This document shows, piece after piece, positions 9,033 through 16,421 of a stretch of 21,452 nt of DNA (its first letter is position 1; each line of letters begins with the position of its first letter). Source of the stretch: a bacterium. Lineage in GTDB: Bacteria > RBG-13-61-14 > DATKZS01. The DNA is taken from the NCBI GenBank assembly GCA_046484135.1, contig JAWOBU010000248.1, positions 1 through 21,452 of the forward strand, written 5' to 3'. A model generated the notes under the pieces. That model was not told the origin of the DNA, ran no database searches, and worked only from the letters and a program-made list of their open reading frames with translations. The position numbers were made by a program, and so were the translations under genes.

Positions 9033-9072
9033 GAGCTTTGCAAAAAACTCAAGCCATCTAAAAAGTCCATAT

Positions 9073-9095
9073 GTGCGAGCGACTTTAGTCGCGAT
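9073..9095 (+). repeat. Single degenerate REP-like unit
   Basis: GTGCGAG-CGAC-TTTA-GTCG-CGAT has the same architecture as the units at 7791-7841. Confidence 0.55.
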
Positions 9096-9151
9096 TCTCT
9101 TCGTTCACGACTTCTTCAGCTATAAGGCGGAGTTCAAAGGGCATCAAGGTT

Positions 9152-10894
9152 TCATGGTCCTTTTCTTTTGACGATCTCGTTGTTATAGGCCCGGATCAGG
9201 TCGCGGTGATGGAGGACCCCCAGGATTTTGCTTTCGTCCTCCGAGTCCAGGACCAGGATGCCGGATATGGGGTACTTGAGGAACTCGACCAGTGCCTGAT
9301 AGAGAGAGTCTCCCGGATGTACGTGTCCGGCGGGAATGGCCAGGTCCTCTGCTATCAAAAACTGGTCCACGCCTTCCTCGAACAGGATGGGCCGAGAGGT
9401 GTCCAGGCTGATGAGCCCCGGAATCGTTCCGTCCTGTTTGACCACCGGAAACACCTCCTCCTCCTCCATGGCCAGGAAGTCCTGGACCTGGCTCAAGGTG
9501 GCATTGGCCGGGATGGTGGGCATCTTTTTCTTGGGGCGGTACACCGAGTTCACGTACATGTCCTCCAGCACGTTCACGGTAAACTCGCCGATGTGGGCGG
9601 GCGAGTTGAACTTGTTTTTGACTTGCTTCTCGTATATGGACCACCGCCGGTTGAACATTATGGCGATCACGGATACCAGGAGCAGGGGGGCTATAAGCTC
9701 GTAGCCTCCGGTCATCTCCGTCACCATGAGGAGCGCTCCCAGAGGCGCGTGCGCCACCCCGGCGAAGAAAGACGCCATGCCCACCAGCACGAACGAGCTC
9801 GCGTCCGTGCTCGTCACTATGTCGGGAAAGAAGTGGTGTGCCAGGTATCCCACCACTCCTCCTATCATGCCGCCTATGAAGAGGGTGGGGCCGAACACTC
9901 CGCCGGACCCCCCCGAGAATATGGTGAAGCTTGTGGCCAGTATCTTGCAAAACGCTATGGCCGCGAGGATCTTCACGGTGGCGAGCATCTCGGGCGAGAA
10001 ATGACCCAGCAGGGCTTCCTGTACTTGCCCCCAGCCGCCGCTGTACACCTGAGGGTACAGAAGACCGATGATTCCCACCATGAGACCGCCTATCATGGGC
10101 TTCAAGTAATTGGGTATGTTCATGGGCACGAAAATGCGGTATCTCAGGAAGTAGGAGAACCTGATGTAAAAGACCCCTACCGGAACGCAGACAAGACCAA
10201 GGATCACGTAAAAGACGAGCTGCCTGGGGTCGTGGAAGTCAAGCTCGGGAATGTCGAATATGGGCCGGAAGCCGAAAAGCTGGGAAAAGATGGTGTATGC
10301 GGTTATGGAGGCTATCACTGTGGGGATCAGGGCGTCGGTCTCCAGGTCCTCGCTGTATATCACCTCGCACGCGGTTATGGCGCCCCCGAACGGCGCCCGG
10401 AATATCGCTCCCAGGCCGCCGCCGGTGCCGGCCAGCAAAAGTATCCTTCTGTCCCTGGCAGGCAGCCTGAACACCGTGGCTATCCAGGAGCCGAAACCCG
10501 CACCTATCTGGGCGATGGGGCCCTCCCGGCCACCGCTGCCACCGCCGGCCAGTACGAATATGGTCGCCAGCGCCTTCACAAAAGGGACCCGACTACGGAT
10601 TCTACCCTCCCTGTTGTGAAAGCTGTCTATCATGGCGTCCGTGCCGTGTCCCTCGGCCTCCGGAGCCAGGTTGTAAACCAGTATGCCCGATAGAAGACCG
10701 GCCACCGCCGGCATCAGGAAAAAAAACCACTTGCGGAACTCGTGCTCGCCGGATGCCTCGAAAAGCCTCTCGCCCGCTGGTGCAGGCATCGGATACCCCG
10801 CAAGGATGTCGAATGTGAAGTGCTTGGCGAGTTCCAAGAGGTAAAAAAAGGCGGCTGCTCCGAAGCCGGACACCACCCCCACGATGAGGCCCAT
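9152..10894 (-). CDS. ClC family chloride channel/antiporter with C-terminal CBS pair
   Basis: 580 aa multi-TM protein. ClC motifs AEGHGTD, GGSGGREGP (gating Glu), FRAPFGGA, GGSGGVFGP, EMTG, followed by CBS domains. The true start may lie about 25 codons upstream. Confidence 0.93.
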   Translation of the reverse strand: MGLIVGVVSGFGAAAFFYLLELAKHFTFDILAGYPMPAPAGERLFEASGEHEFRKWFFFLMPAVAGLLSGILVYNLAPEAEGHGTDAMIDSFHNREGRIRSRVPFVKALATIFVLAGGGSGGREGPIAQIGAGFGSWIATVFRLPARDRRILLLAGTGGGLGAIFRAPFGGAITACEVIYSEDLETDALIPTVIASITAYTIFSQLFGFRPIFDIPELDFHDPRQLVFYVILGLVCVPVGVFYIRFSYFLRYRIFVPMNIPNYLKPMIGGLMVGIIGLLYPQVYSGGWGQVQEALLGHFSPEMLATVKILAAIAFCKILATSFTIFSGGSGGVFGPTLFIGGMIGGVVGYLAHHFFPDIVTSTDASSFVLVGMASFFAGVAHAPLGALLMVTEMTGGYELIAPLLLVSVIAIMFNRRWSIYEKQVKNKFNSPAHIGEFTVNVLEDMYVNSVYRPKKKMPTIPANATLSQVQDFLAMEEEEVFPVVKQDGTIPGLISLDTSRPILFEEGVDQFLIAEDLAIPAGHVHPGDSLYQALVEFLKYPISGILVLDSEDESKILGVLHHRDLIRAYNNEIVKRKGP

Positions 10895-11115
10895 TACTAT
10901 CCATCTTAATATGGGCCCTTGCCTGAACCAGACCAGGAAACTTCTGAACAGTGTTTTTACAAAATCGACTTTGGATGCTCCCCTAATATTATATTTGGAC
11001 TGTTTTTGCCGTTATTTTAGGTGGATTTTTCCTCCACCAAACAACTTTTCCGAAAAAGGAACGGAGAGGCGTGAGACCGCCTTCGTCTCCTTTACCCTTT
11101 CCTTAAACGTCGCGC

Positions 11116-11144
11116 ATTATAGATTTTTTTGTTCACTATGTCAA
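11116..11144 (-). promoter_or_regulatory. Perfect-consensus sigma70 promoter directed toward the ClC gene
   Basis: Minus strand TTGACA-17 nt-TATAAT, followed by the GC-rich discriminator GCGCGAC. Confidence 0.85.
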
Positions 11145-11181
11145 TATCCTGCGCGAGCTTCTTGCAAAAATCGTGGGTAGA

Positions 11182-11195
11182 GGGGGGGGGGGGGG
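11182..11195 (+). repeat. G14 homopolymer
   Basis: 14 consecutive G between the two divergent promoters. Confidence 0.9.
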
Positions 11196-11274
11196 AGATC
11201 TCCGGTTTTTTGAAATAGGCTCTAAAAAGAGCTAAAGGGTTGGTCCGTCGGTTACCGGCTCTCGGTAATCTTAC

Positions 11275-11303
11275 TTTACAGCCGCGCTTGCGGGCAATAT
11301 ACT
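11275..11303 (+). promoter_or_regulatory. Putative sigma70 promoter of tonB
   Basis: TTTACA-17 nt-TATACT, 15 nt before ATG 11319, with no SD. Confidence 0.6.
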
Positions 11304-11318
11304 CGATATTAACCGACC

Positions 11319-12059
11319 ATGACGCCTTTTCGAAGAATACTGTACGCCCTTATCATCTCCTTCGAGATCCATGTGCTGGTGCTTATCAGCGCTGCGGGTC
11401 AGTGGGGTTCCCGCGAAGGTCCCCGTTCCATGTCCGGCTTCGAGCTGATCGAGGTCGTGCGGCTGGGCTCCCGGGGAGTGGAGGCCCGGGTGACCGAGGA
11501 AAAGACCAACTTTGATAAAGCCACCCCCGAGCTTGCGCCGGTAGCTGAACCTTCGCCGCCGCCGGCAATGAAAAAGAAAGAATCGGAGTCCAAAAGGCCC
11601 GCCCGGGACCGGCAGTGCAGAGAGGACAAGAGCCGGCAAAGCTCCGACAAGAGAAGACTGAAGCCGGCGGAACCGGAGGGTCCGGAAGCGGCCGTGCCCG
11701 AGGTCTCGCCGGATGAAGAACCACCGGACAGGAACGACTCGCAGGGAGAGGGCGCCGACACCGAAGAGAATCAGGAACCCGAGCTTGTCCCGCCGAGGTG
11801 CGCCGCCTGTCCCGCACCGGAGTTTCCCGAGCTTGCCCAAAGACGCGGCCTGGAGGGAGAGGTGGTGCTCCGGTTCCAGGTTCTTCCGGACGGGAGCGTG
11901 GGCGACATCTTCATGGAAAAAAGCTCGGGCTACGCGGTCCTGGACGAGGCGGCCATGGCAGGTGTCAAAAACTGGACATTTTACCCGGCCACCAGAAACG
12001 ATAAGCCGGTTCCCCTTACCATCAAAAGGTCGGTGGTCTTCCGCATGGAGCCGCGTTAG
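11319..12059 (+). CDS. tonB: TonB family energy transducer
   Basis: 246 aa. N-terminal TM with SxxxH (SFEIHV), Pro/Glu/Lys-rich spacer, and TonB C-domain (PEFPELAQRRGLEGEVVLRFQVLPDG, SSGYAVLDEAA, WTFYPA). Confidence 0.88.
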   Translation: MTPFRRILYALIISFEIHVLVLISAAGQWGSREGPRSMSGFELIEVVRLGSRGVEARVTEEKTNFDKATPELAPVAEPSPPPAMKKKESESKRPARDRQCREDKSRQSSDKRRLKPAEPEGPEAAVPEVSPDEEPPDRNDSQGEGADTEENQEPELVPPRCAACPAPEFPELAQRRGLEGEVVLRFQVLPDGSVGDIFMEKSSGYAVLDEAAMAGVKNWTFYPATRNDKPVPLTIKRSVVFRMEPR

Positions 12060-12164
12060 AAGCTTTACCTTCTTCTTGACCCCTTATTCAACAATCACAT
12101 CCTTTCATCTCGAGGACACCGGCTTTTAAAAAATATAAAAAAGTCCTTTAACATCATTTTTTTG

Positions 12165-12194
12165 TTGACAACGAGATAACACTTGTTATATAGT
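12165..12194 (+). promoter_or_regulatory. Sigma70 promoter with overlapping palindromic operator candidate
   Basis: TTGACA (12165-12170), -10 TATATA/TATAGT, and an A/T-rich upstream tract. Perfect inverted repeat ATAACA-CT-TGTTAT at 12176-12189. Confidence 0.7.
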
Positions 12195-12245
12195 AAGCTC
12201 CGCTTGGTAAGCAACAAACCAAATTTTTTCAAGGAGGAATCAGTT

Positions 12246-12689
12246 ATGGCGGAAAAAGTAACACCGGATATGTCCGACGACCAAGTGGTGTCCATTCTTG
12301 CCGAGATCGGGCCCAAGAACCAGGACGAGCTTCAAAAAGCCATGCAGGACGCTTCTCCCCGGCAGGCCTTCATGGTGGCCATCCCGTGGGGGATCGAGAA
12401 CGATCCTGACACCGCGTCCCAGCTTGCGGGAGTGGAAGGCTCCGTGCTGTGGGTGGTGGAAGGCGAAGGCGGCGGCAAGTACTGCCTCGAGTTCAGCGGC
12501 GGCAAGATCAACGTGTCCGAGGGAGACAAGCCGGACGCCACCGCCACCGTGACCCTGGACGAATCCACCTGGAAGGAGCTGACCGCGGGGGAGACCAATC
12601 CCCAGGCCGCTTTCATGGCTGGCAAGGTCCAAATCGAGGGAGACATCTCGCTGCTCATGCAGATACAGGGCGTGCTGCCTCAGATGTAA
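12246..12689 (+). CDS. SCP2 sterol/lipid-binding domain protein
   Basis: 147 aa from ATG 12246 behind AAGGAGG; SCP2 signature TW..L..GETNPQAAFMAGKVQIEGDISLLM. Confidence 0.9.
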   Translation: MAEKVTPDMSDDQVVSILAEIGPKNQDELQKAMQDASPRQAFMVAIPWGIENDPDTASQLAGVEGSVLWVVEGEGGGKYCLEFSGGKINVSEGDKPDATATVTLDESTWKELTAGETNPQAAFMAGKVQIEGDISLLMQIQGVLPQM

Positions 12690-12761
12690 AGCCGGCTCCT
12701 TTCGTAAGGGGGAGGAGGATTCACTGCACACTCGTTGCCGGCCAGCGAGGGGAGACGAGGT

Positions 12762-14018
12762 ATGTTCCAGCTTACAGAACCACAGAAGATGATCCAGCAG
12801 ATGCTCCGCCAGTACGTCACCAAGGAGATCAAGCCGCAGGTGGAGGCCATGGAGGACGGCGAGGTTTCCTGCTTCGAGGTGGCCCGCAAGTTCTATAAAA
12901 CCATGGGCGGCCCCTCCATGATCAAGCCCGCCCTGGAGAAGGTGGCCAAGAAGCGGGAGGAGGGGGACCAGGCGTCCTCTGACCTCACCAGCCTCATGGC
13001 GGGCGAGAGCGAGGACGAAGCCGGAGCCATGGGAGGGGACCCCATGATGATGTTCCTCATTGTCAAGGAGCTCTCCCGCGTCTCTCCGGGGCTGGCCATG
13101 AGTTTCGGGGTGTCCGCCGGCCTGGCAGGAGGCGCCATCATAAGCAAAGGGACGGCCCGCCAGGTCCGGGAGTACGGCATCCCCCTCATGACCCTGGAAA
13201 AGATCGGATCGTGGTGCCTGACCGAGCCGGGCGCAGGCTCCGACGCCTTCGGGAGCATGAAGACCAAGGCCCGGGAGGACGGTAAGGGCGGGTTCGTCAT
13301 CAACGGGACCAAGACCTTTATCACCAACGCTCCGGTGGCCGACCTTTTTATCACCTATGCCAAGGTGGACTCGGGTGAGGGGTCGAGCTCGGAGATGCCC
13401 GTGCATACTTTCATCCTCGAGCGGGACATGGAAGGGCTCACTATCGGAAAGCCATTCCACAAGATGGGAATGAAGGACTCCCTCACCGCCGAGGTCTTCA
13501 TGGACGATGTAAAGCTCGACACCATCCACGTGATGGGCGAGTCCGTGCAAAAGGGCGGACGGCAGGCCACCAAGGAGAGCCTGGGCAACGAGCGCTCGGG
13601 GGTCCCGGCCATGTGCTGGGGCATCATTGAAAGATGCTATGAAGAGAGCGTGGCCTATGCCAGGGAGCGCATCCAGTTCGGAAAGTCCATCGCCGAGTTC
13701 CAGGCCACCCAGCTTAAAATCTACCGCATGTACATGCACCTCATGAACATCGAGAACATGGTCTATCGAATGGCGTGGATGCAGAAAAACGGCGTCCGCG
13801 ACGTGTCCTATATCAACGGGTGCAAAGCCTACTCCTCCATGGCCGCGGTCGAGGTCACCAACGAGGCACTGCAGATTTTCGGAGGGTACGGGTACATGCG
13901 CGAGTACCCCATCGAGAAGCTGTACCGGGACGCCAAGCTGCTCGAGCTGGGAGCAGGCACTACCGACATCAACATGATGACCTGCGCCCGCAACGAGCTG
14001 GGCCTGATCGGGTCCTAG
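12762..14018 (+). CDS. Acyl-CoA dehydrogenase (IVD/LCAD-type catalytic Glu position)
   Basis: WCLTEPGAGSD, KTFITNAP, R.QFGK.I.EFQ, GGYGYMREYPIEKLYRDAK. Has ELGAGT instead of YEGT, with Glu in SLGNERS. Start set at ATG 12762 after GAGG. Confidence 0.92.
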   Translation: MFQLTEPQKMIQQMLRQYVTKEIKPQVEAMEDGEVSCFEVARKFYKTMGGPSMIKPALEKVAKKREEGDQASSDLTSLMAGESEDEAGAMGGDPMMMFLIVKELSRVSPGLAMSFGVSAGLAGGAIISKGTARQVREYGIPLMTLEKIGSWCLTEPGAGSDAFGSMKTKAREDGKGGFVINGTKTFITNAPVADLFITYAKVDSGEGSSSEMPVHTFILERDMEGLTIGKPFHKMGMKDSLTAEVFMDDVKLDTIHVMGESVQKGGRQATKESLGNERSGVPAMCWGIIERCYEESVAYARERIQFGKSIAEFQATQLKIYRMYMHLMNIENMVYRMAWMQKNGVRDVSYINGCKAYSSMAAVEVTNEALQIFGGYGYMREYPIEKLYRDAKLLELGAGTTDINMMTCARNELGLIGS

Positions 14019-14054
14019 GGAGCAAACTCAAATCAACCAAAAGGAGATTCGAAC

Positions 14055-15287
14055 ATGGCAAAACTGAACGAGTGCGTAGTGGTGGACGCGGTCCGCTCGG
14101 CAATCGGAAAATCGGGCTGGAAGGGCATGGAGAAAAAGGGACAGCTTTGCCAGGCCTCTTCCCAGGACCTGTTGGCCAACACCCTGCGGGGGATGATTGA
14201 CCGGGTCAAACAGAAAGCGCCCGGCTTCGACGAGATGGACATCGAGAACGTGATGGTCGGATGTCTCTCCCAGATCGGCGACCAGGGACTCAACATCGCC
14301 CGGGTGGCTTCCCTGCTCGCCGGTATTCCCGAAGAAGCCGCGGCCGCGACCGTGAACCAGTACTGCAACGCCGGTCTCAAGGCGGTCAACATAGCCGCCC
14401 ACGAGGTCATGCTTGGAGAAGGCGACGTCATGGTGGTCGGCGGTGTCGAGATCATGTCCCACTACGGCATGGGCTCGGACGCAGAGGTTGCCATGAAAGC
14501 CAAGTACCCGGTGCGCATGTCGCCCCGGATGATGGAGACCAAGATGTTCGTGCCGCAGGGCCAGTGCGCGGAGATGATCTCCGAGGACCAGGGACACACC
14601 CGCGAGGACCTGGACCGCTTCGGGGCCTGGAGCATGAAGAAGGCGGTGGAGGCGGAGAGAAAGGGATGGTTTGACAACATCATTCCCTTCGAGTTCAAGT
14701 ACCAGGAACAGGAGTACAAGGTTGACAAGGACGAGGGACTGCGGGCCAAGTCAGCGGACGACCCGGACGGGTTTATTCAGGACCTGGCCAAGCTGCCCAG
14801 CCCCTTTAAAAAGGACGGGATGGTCACCGCGGGCAACTCCTCGAGAATCGTGGACGGGGCAGCCGCGGTCATGCTCATGAGCGCGGACAAGGCGGAGAAG
14901 CTCGGGCTCGAGCCACTCTGCAAGATCACCGCCTGCGGGGTGGCGGGCGGAGCGCCCGTGCCCATGCTGCTCGCGCCCATTCCCGCTACTCAAAAAGCTC
15001 TAAAGCGCGCCGGAAAAACCATAGACGACATGGACATCATCGAACCCAACGAAGCCTTCGTGTCCCCGCTCCTCCAGTTCGCGGACGAGCTCGGGTACGA
15101 TCGGATGGACCCCAGGGTGAACCCCACCGGAGGCGCGGTCGCGCTCGGCCATCCCATCGGCGCATCAGGCGTGATCTACTTCTCCGAGATGTGCCGGCAC
15201 CTGAAAAGGATCAATGGAAATTACGGGGTCCAGATGCTGTGCGGAGGCGGCGGCGTCGGCATCTCCACCGTGGTCGAGAAGGTTTAA
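14055..15287 (+). CDS. Thiolase (acetyl-CoA C-acyltransferase)
   Basis: 410 aa. NQYCNAG (nucleophile Cys), VTAGNSS, NEAF, GHPIGASG, MLCGGGG; SD AAGGAG. Confidence 0.95.
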   Translation: MAKLNECVVVDAVRSAIGKSGWKGMEKKGQLCQASSQDLLANTLRGMIDRVKQKAPGFDEMDIENVMVGCLSQIGDQGLNIARVASLLAGIPEEAAAATVNQYCNAGLKAVNIAAHEVMLGEGDVMVVGGVEIMSHYGMGSDAEVAMKAKYPVRMSPRMMETKMFVPQGQCAEMISEDQGHTREDLDRFGAWSMKKAVEAERKGWFDNIIPFEFKYQEQEYKVDKDEGLRAKSADDPDGFIQDLAKLPSPFKKDGMVTAGNSSRIVDGAAAVMLMSADKAEKLGLEPLCKITACGVAGGAPVPMLLAPIPATQKALKRAGKTIDDMDIIEPNEAFVSPLLQFADELGYDRMDPRVNPTGGAVALGHPIGASGVIYFSEMCRHLKRINGNYGVQMLCGGGGVGISTVVEKV

Positions 15288-15300
15288 AGGGAGAAGTACC

Positions 15301-15699
15301 ATGATTGAAGGACTTGCACATATCGGGGTGGCGGTAAAAGACATAGACGAGGCCATCGCCTTCTTCCAGGAGAAGTTCGGGGCCGAGCTCGACACATCCA
15401 AGGCCAAGGACGGCAAGATGAACTTCGGCCTCCATATCTCCGCGGTGGTCAAGGCCGGGCCGGTCAAGTTCGAGCTCATGCAGCCGGCCAAGGAGGGGAC
15501 AGGACCGGTCGGAAAATTCGTGGCCGAGCGGGGCGAGGGGCTCCATCATATCTCCCTCAAGGTGGACGACTACAAGTCCAGCAAAGAGGAGTTCGAGCAA
15601 AAGGGCTTCGAGATCAAGGGCGAGATGGGAGGAGTCATGGCCTTCATCCATCCCAAGACCTGCAAAGGGGTCCTGGTTGAGTTCACCGAGGTCGAATGA
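15301..15699 (+). CDS. VOC-family protein, methylmalonyl-CoA epimerase-like
   Basis: 132 aa from ATG 15301. AHIGVAV, FELMQP, GEGLHHISLKVDD, AFIHPK...GVLVEF. Confidence 0.82.
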   Translation: MIEGLAHIGVAVKDIDEAIAFFQEKFGAELDTSKAKDGKMNFGLHISAVVKAGPVKFELMQPAKEGTGPVGKFVAERGEGLHHISLKVDDYKSSKEEFEQKGFEIKGEMGGVMAFIHPKTCKGVLVEFTEVE

Positions 15700-15732
15700 A
15701 TCTTCGTCCGCCTTTTGACAAGCAACAACGCC

Positions 15733-15763
15733 GGGAAGGTGCAGGACACCTTCCCCGTTTCTT
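15733..15763 (+). terminator. Probable intrinsic terminator of the SCP2 operon
   Basis: GGGAAGGTG-cagga-CACCTTCCC 9-bp stem followed by CGTTTCTT. Confidence 0.65.
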
Positions 15764-15770
15764 ATGTGGA

Positions 15771-15799
15771 TAGACACGTTAAGCTTGCGAGATTATACT
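15771..15799 (+). promoter_or_regulatory. Promoter for a leaderless PIN mRNA
   Basis: TAGACA-17 nt-TATACT, 6 nt before ATG 15806, with no SD. Confidence 0.65.
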
Positions 15800-15805
15800 T
15801 GTATT

Positions 15806-16288
15806 ATGAGGAAGCAGCGCATATATCTGGATACATCCGTGATAGGCGGTTATTTTGATCCGGAATTTGAATTGTGGTCAAAAGAAATAGTAAGGGACTT
15901 CCGCAATGGAAAATTTTGTCTGGTAATGTCGAATGTAACCGCAGCCGAGATCGAACATGCCCCGGAACCCGTGCAAGAGTTGCATGAAGAATTGAGTTCA
16001 ATTTCCGATCTTTTAGAGGTAAACGAGGAGGCACTTGAGCTTTTGGCTGCTTACGAAGAACGTAATATTTTAAGTAGCCGGTTTCGTAACGACATGCTTC
16101 ATATTGCGTTGGCCACAGTGGCTGAAGTTGATGTTTTAGTGAGTTGGAATTTTAGACACATTGTAAGGCTGGATAATATACAGAGATTTAATGGTGTAAA
16201 CCTGGAGCTTGGTTACAAAACACTGGCTATTTATTCACCGAGGGAGGTGACAACTTATGAAAGAGAAAATACAGATAAAGACGATTGA
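15806..16288 (+). CDS. PIN domain (VapC-like) ribonuclease toxin
   Basis: 160 aa. IYLDTSVI, AEI, DMLHIALA, LVSWNFRHI; visibly more AT-rich than its neighbours. Confidence 0.88.
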   Translation: MRKQRIYLDTSVIGGYFDPEFELWSKEIVRDFRNGKFCLVMSNVTAAEIEHAPEPVQELHEELSSISDLLEVNEEALELLAAYEERNILSSRFRNDMLHIALATVAEVDVLVSWNFRHIVRLDNIQRFNGVNLELGYKTLAIYSPREVTTYERENTDKDD

Positions 16289-16421
16289 TTGGGTGAGGAA
16301 CATCCGCGACGAGCAGGCCCGCATGATTTCCGGGAAATCAAAAGAAGAGATTATTGCTTTCTTTAGAAAGGCCGGAGAAAATGCGCGACAAGCCGCGGCC
16401 GAAAAAAAGAATAATTCTTGA
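16257..16421 (+). CDS. 54-aa small protein, putative antitoxin partner of the PIN toxin
   Basis: Not in the ORF track. Strong SD GGAGGTG; MKEKIQIKTIDWVRNIRDEQARMISGKSKEEIIAFFRKAGENARQAAAEKKNNS; overlaps the PIN 3' end by 32 nt. Confidence 0.72.
   Translation: MKEKIQIKTIDWVRNIRDEQARMISGKSKEEIIAFFRKAGENARQAAAEKKNNS

Noticed and set aside
9032..9070. Possible end of a second IS/MITE (GAGCTTTGCAAAAAAC)
   Set aside because: It resembles some IS termini, but no matching inverted end, target duplication or transposase remnant was found.
9206..10693. 495-aa plus-strand ORF opposite ClC
   Set aside because: Antisense shadow typical of GC3-rich genes, with odd composition and no domain.
11040..11110. 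Fluoride riboswitch or tRNA behind the strong promoter
   Set aside because: No GAUG...(U)AAUGA/CUGAUG fluoride consensus and no cloverleaf or T-loop; the ClC is not CLC-F type. Kept only as an unknown structured leader.
12240..13739. 499-aa minus-strand ORF opposite SCP2/ACAD
   Set aside because: Long stop-free antisense frames are common opposite GC-rich ACAD genes; no SD or family motifs seen.
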